The notes under the pieces were generated by a model. That model worked only from the letters and a program-made list of their open reading frames with translations, was not told where the DNA came from and did no database searches. Source: Vicugna vicugna (lineage: Eukaryota). Taken from it: a stretch of 64,000 bases of DNA. Location: contig MU058636.1 of the NCBI GenBank assembly GCA_013265495.1, positions 1,426,001 through 1,490,000 on the forward strand. Direction: 5' to 3'. A program made the translations under genes and the position numbers. Below are positions 59,122-64,000 of the stretch, one piece after another (position 1 is the first letter of the stretch; each line of letters begins with the position of its first letter).

Positions 59122-61897
59122 CTACAAAAGGAAGGCAGCCAAAGACTAATTTAGATCTAACACCTCTGAGTCTTTCCAGGGTTAATGTCTAATACCCGTA
59201 AAGACCAGCAGTCTTGAATTGCACCTGTTTATGGGATTTGCTAAATCAAATCTGGTACATACCTGGTTCGGCTGATTGAACCTGTGCAATAACTAGGCTA
59301 ACGTGCGAAGGCTTGAGAGCTTTAAATCCCCCATCATGGCACTGAGGGGCTATGTCTGGCCCAAACCACCCCCACAACAAGTACAGAAGTACAGAGTGGC
59401 GGGTCTGGGCGTTGGCAGCGCATCTGCTTGTCCCCCAAGCTGTCAGCCCGTGTAGTCCCCAGCGCTCACTCAGAATCCTTGGGTGATCAAACACAGACAC
59501 TCGGTCAAAGAGGTTCTGGACCAGCTCTGCTGGGCCCTGGGCCTCTGATTCTGTAATCACTGGAATAAATGCTGCCTTTTAGCTGCCGATAAATTACATA
59601 ACTACAGAAGAGAAACAGCTATTCCGCAGACTTATCCTGGGATTGTAAACATACACACTTTCTAGGGGACAGGCTGACTTTGCATGTACTGCTTCTCCTA
59701 GGCATTTATAAAGAGGAAGCAAACTTGAGAAGATGAACCCATAAAGCTTCTAGTTCTCCTATTTAAGTATTAGACATTCTACAACTTGTAAAATAGTATA
59801 AGGCCCTTAAATTAGGAAGTAGAGTGTTTCCACAGGGCAGAGTATTTCTGCTACAATGGAAAAGGTCGTGTGTACACAGAATGCTTGCATTTTGAAAAAC
59901 AAATTGGAAAGCTAGTACCATCGCTGGGTAGAGTTACCAGTTACTCGGCCGTTAACGTTTTCCAGAGTCTCTGCAGCTGTGAGCTCAGAAACCAGAAAGG
60001 CGCACACAGCCGCCCCGGCCGGCTTCCACTTACCGTTTTGCTTTCAGGCTCTTCCGCACTCTTCCCTTTCTTCACGGTAATCTGAACTCTGTAGTTTTTC
60101 TCGATCCACTGCTGAATCTGTTTAGTCTTTGTGTCCAAATCATGTTGTCCAATATTTGAAGAAAAGGTCAGCTCCTTTGTCAGAGTGGGCCCTGGGTGGG
60201 GACAGGGAGACTTGGTGCTAGTCTGCGGGCCAGCCCTGCGCTTCGTCTCACGCACGTCCTAAAGCCTTAGGTCGATGCAGGGGCCCCCGCAGTCCCCTCC
60301 TCTGACTTGCAGTTTCACACGCCAGTAAACACTTTTAAACAGAGGAGACAGACACAAAGTAAAATACCAATTTCTTATCTGCCACGAAAGTTTCAATATG
60401 AAATACTTCATTTATTGTTAACATTGACGAAAGAACAGGAATGGGCCTTGGAAAGGAACCAGTTAACCCTTATTTTTCTTATTTTGGGTGGTGGGTAACA
60501 GGTGTTTATTGTATTTTTTTCTTTATGCTTTCTAATTTAAAGTAAAAAAGAGTAATTTTTCTAAAAAGGAGTTCTTTTATTAACACCTCCTTGCTTCCAT
60601 TCAGCTCCTACCAGCTGGTCCGAGTCCTCTGTCAGGACAAGGGGGCGCCTTTGACAGGTCAGCCCCTCAGCCAGCTTTGAACCAAGCTCCTTGGACTGTT
60701 CACCTTTTTTTTTTTAATGTGACATGGCTTGATGTCCTTGTCACCCTAGTTGGCCTCTGCTGGGTACTTTTTATTTTTCGGTCAATACCCCTGTTGTTAA
60801 ATGTGGTGTCACAAAGCTGACACACAGCCCCACTCTGGCAGCTCTGGGACCAGCCTTCCGACCTCTTCACTTACTAGGAATCATGAAAAACAACATGGGT
60901 TTAAATGACAACCGCATTGCCAGGTGACCAGCAAAACATGTAAACGAGTGTCATTACTGATACTGTAACAGGTGGGCATGGGGGACGCCCTGAGTCACTT
61001 CCGAGTTTAGAAAGTGCTTCCCTGTAATTCACTGAGCACCTCCCCCCTAGCGATGAGGGGGAGGAGGAGGAGGGCACAGGACAGGTCCAGGAACAGGGGC
61101 TCGCACAGTCTCTTCCACGTCCCTTCCCCAAGCCCGCCTGTTACTCAACTGCCCGGCACCGCGAGGCCATGCTAAGGTCAAAGCATCACTTCGGTGGTAT
61201 TCACCTTGTTTTCCCCTCATTTGACACAGGTTTAAAGGAAGAGATAATGGACACAGTGTAGGAAGGAAGAAAGAAAAAAGAGGAAAAGGAAGTGGAGGAT
61301 GGAAAAAAGGCATTGGAAGTGGTGGTGAAAGTGCCAGTGTTCCTGTCTTCCACTGCCCCGTAGTCACAGGGCACCGGCAAAGCCAGTTAAACTGCTGACA
61401 GAGCTCGAGGAACCCGAGCAAGCGGCAGAGCACCTACCGGTTCTGGGCTTGGCCTTCTCCAGCTCCCGCAGCAGGAGCCGCTCCTGGTGGATCTGCGCGC
61501 CCGTCAGGAGCTGGTACTTCGGGGGCTCAGCACCAGGGTCCCTCCGCACCAGCCGCAGGTCCCGCTCGTCCATCAGCCGGATGACGGTCGCCCGGTGCAT
61601 GTGGCCCAGGTCGTTGCCCTGCTCGTCCAGCACGTGAATAATGCGCTCGCTGATTTTCCTGCCAATGTTACTGAAAGCTGTGTCATCCTTTTTTTTCTTT
61701 CTTTGTTCATCTCGAATGTCTTCCATACTAAAGGCTTTTGCGTGAGTTAGGCAGGACGGTCTCGGGGCAGAAGCAATAGGGGACGGCTGTGCTGAGGCCA
61801 TCTTTTGTACGACGTATTTACCCCAACAGCTTCTAATGCAGTTATTTTCAGTCTTTGTGATTTGTAATGTTAACCTCTTTAGAAAAAGAGCAGCCAT
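58903..61897 (-). CDS. MTIF3: Mitochondrial translation initiation factor 3; complement join(58903-59121,60034-60191,61438-61897), 837 nt, 278 aa
   Basis: MAALFLKRL presequence-like start; IF3-N-like [33 protein letters not shown]3-C-like [27 protein letters not shown]; canonical GT-AG junctions in frame. Confidence 0.97.
60034..60191 (-). CDS. MTIF3: MTIF3 second coding exon (158 nt)
   Basis: Minus strand cacccag|[29 protein letters not shown]...PESKT; donor ACG|GTAAGT. Confidence 0.95.
61438..61897 (-). CDS. MTIF3: MTIF3 first coding exon (460 coding nt; acceptor leaves 1 nt before the ATG)
   Basis: Minus strand tttttag|G ATG GCT; donor ACC G|GTAGGT. Confidence 0.95.
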
Positions 61898-62009
61898 CCT
61901 AAAAAGCAGGGAGAAAAGTTCATTAAAAGTCAGTCATTTATTCCCGTGGTTTGAGACCATGGCTCATGGAAGGCAACCCTGGAGCCTGGGGGAACTGTCA
62001 TCTGTGAAT

Positions 62010-62765
62010 GTGAGCCTGAGAAGTGTCTGAAAGAGTGAGGAGGGGACCTGTTCATCTCATGCAGGGTTTGCTGAGAAACACCAGAGACTCAAAGACAAAA
62101 GAGGTATGTGCAGCTCGTCGAAGAGGAGAGAGAAAGGATATAGTGCTACAGAAATTTAAAAAATCATCTCATTTGACTCCATTTACCATGGTTTTCCAGT
62201 GCCAACTCCAAAAGCAAGTATTATCCTAAGGGTTTATTTAGGATGGCACAGTACATAAAATCCCTGGGGATTCATTCACACCTGCCCAAAAACTTAATAT
62301 AATGAACAATTTATCAATATATCTGGTGGCATACAAAAGAACAGAATACTGTTACGGGAACGGGGCCCCTCCATGAAGAGAGCAGACCCATTGGAAGAAT
62401 TAGGTGGGACTCAGAAAGGAACTGCCCTGGCACTGAAGTGCTGACCTCACAAACGACAAAGACCACCCACCAGGCAGGCGAGGCACTCCTACTGAGTGTT
62501 AACACAGCATGTGTGGTGGTGCTGGTTTTACCTCCTGGCTATGAGCGCTCTACGTGTAAGTGGCATTTTGATTTTTTAGTTGCTTCTCTGCTAAGGAGTA
62601 GAGTGTCCCTCCTTCCATCCACAGGTCAGGTGAGCCTGAGAAGTGTCTGAAAGAGTGAGGAGGGAACCCGTTCATCTCATGCAGGGTTTGCTGAGAAACA
62701 CCAGACTCAAAGACAAAAGAGGTATGTGCAGCTCGTCGAAGAGGAGAGAGAAAAGGATATGGTGC
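62010..62765. repeat. Dispersed direct repeat of about 135 bp (62010-62146 and 62630-62765)
   Basis: GTGAGCCTGAGAAGTGTCTGAAAGAGTGAGG...GCAGCTCGTCGAAGAGGAGAGAG occurs twice with about 5 differences. Confidence 0.95.
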
Positions 62766-63794
62766 CTTAGATAATGCTTCTCAAAGAATGCTTCCTGGGT
62801 CACCTGCACGAGCATCACCTGGGCTGTTTGTTAAGCCTGGAGATTCCCTCTGGTCCAGATTTGATCCCACTGGGCTGCGTAACCCACTTCTCCTACCCTG
62901 GTCACCACCACTCACATCCACTGGTGACCAGTGATGGGGGAAAGGAATAGGAAATTGAACAGAAAGTGATGGGAGGTGCACACTTCCACCTCCCTCCCTC
63001 CCTGGTTAGATGCTCTGCCCCGACCTCCCCCTGGACGCACCCTGTGGAGTCACCGCCTACCCACTGCCTCCACTTAGATACCCAGCAGTCACCCTCAAGT
63101 CACCATGGCCACAATTCCCCACGTCCTGCCACTGCTCCGCCAAAAACAGCCAAGTGATCCCTGACCCTTCTTTTTCTCTTAGCAGCTCATTAGCTGGGGC
63201 CTCCTGTTCACCCTCCAAAACTAACCAGGGTCCAACCGCTTCTCACCTCCTCCATGGCCATCGCCCTGCTCCCAGATGCCACCATCTCTCACCTGGACCA
63301 CGGGCACCATCTCCTGAGCGCTCTCCCCTCCCCCTGCCCCTGAGGACTTGTCACCCACATAGCACACAGAGGGGTCCTTCAGAGTCCCTGTCTGCTCCCA
63401 GCTCACTCAGGTTAAAGCCAGGCCCATGTAAGAGCCTCCAGCACCCAGCCCGCTTCTCCGCTCTCGGTTCCAACCTCAAAGGCCTCCTAGCTGTTCCTCG
63501 TAAAAGCTGAACCCACCATCCCTCCTCTGGTGTGATCCTTTCCCTAGGGCAGACGTAGGTTCCCTCACTTCCGGTCACAGGGAGCCCTTCCCTGTCCACT
63601 CTGTAAGAGGCACACCCCATCCTTTCAGACCCATTTCCTTGCCTTTTAAAAAGATTCACTGCTGATACACATTTGTCTACACATAACGTTCACCATCTTT
63701 CCTCACTCCAGTGGAAGCTTCATGAGAAAACGTTATTTGTACATATGGTGCACTCCTGTGCTCCTAACACTACCGCCTAGAGTCTGTCCCAGGA

Positions 63795-64000
63795 CGTACA
63801 GCGGCCTCAGTCCCCAGCACGGATGCCCATCCGCAGATGCTCGAGTCCCTGATACTAAAGGCTGCAGTGTCTGCCTGCGGTCTCCCGTGCACTTTAAATC
63901 GTCTCTGGATTACTCTTGGTAACTGATACGATGTAAATGCTGTGTAACTAGTTGCCGGACACGACATATTCAAGTTTTGCCTTTTGGAGCTACCTGGAAT
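63795..64000. mobile_element. MER2-like Tigger fragment (runs off the window)
   Basis: GATGCTCGAGTCCCTGATA...CACTTTAAATCGTCTCTGGATTACT...TGTAAATGCTGTGTAACTAGTTG; similar to the 58142 element. Confidence 0.65.

Noticed and set aside
1..64000. CRISPR arrays, prokaryotic operons, intact transposase or reverse transcriptase genes, true 5S rRNA gene
   Set aside because: None were seen. The window is mammalian intergenic DNA plus two spliced genes, and all mobile elements are truncated.

Overview
This is mammalian genomic DNA, most likely a camelid, judging from multiple tRNA-Ala-derived Vic-1-type SINEs and artiodactyl-like young L1 3' ends. About 1-49.9 kb is gene-free and repeat-rich (L1, SINE, MIR, DNA transposons), with several candidate enhancer/CTCF sites and orphan CpG-rich patches. 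The right end holds two convergent genes. GTF3A (TFIIIA, + strand) has 9 exons from 50203 to 58900 and 388 aa, and it starts at a CTG because no AUG is available. MTIF3 (- strand) has 3 coding exons from 61897 to 58903 and 278 aa; its 5' non-coding exons were not identified. The main finding is the 3' junction: the two stop codons are only 2 bp apart, and one 9-bp string (TTTATTAAA) contains the GTF3A stop, a GTF3A ATTAAA signal and an MTIF3 AATAAA signal on the other strand. Other findings include a GC-AG donor at GTF3A exon 4 competing with a frameshifting GT donor, a NAGNAG acceptor inside finger 9, a transposon-derived candidate branch point, tandem NRF1/ETS-like and E-box arrays in the promoter, a weak 5S-rRNA-like stretch in intron 2, a sharp GC3 switch in MTIF3 and a young ~135-bp duplication. 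All calls were made by eye. Repeat family names and comparisons with human orthologues are from memory and need checking.
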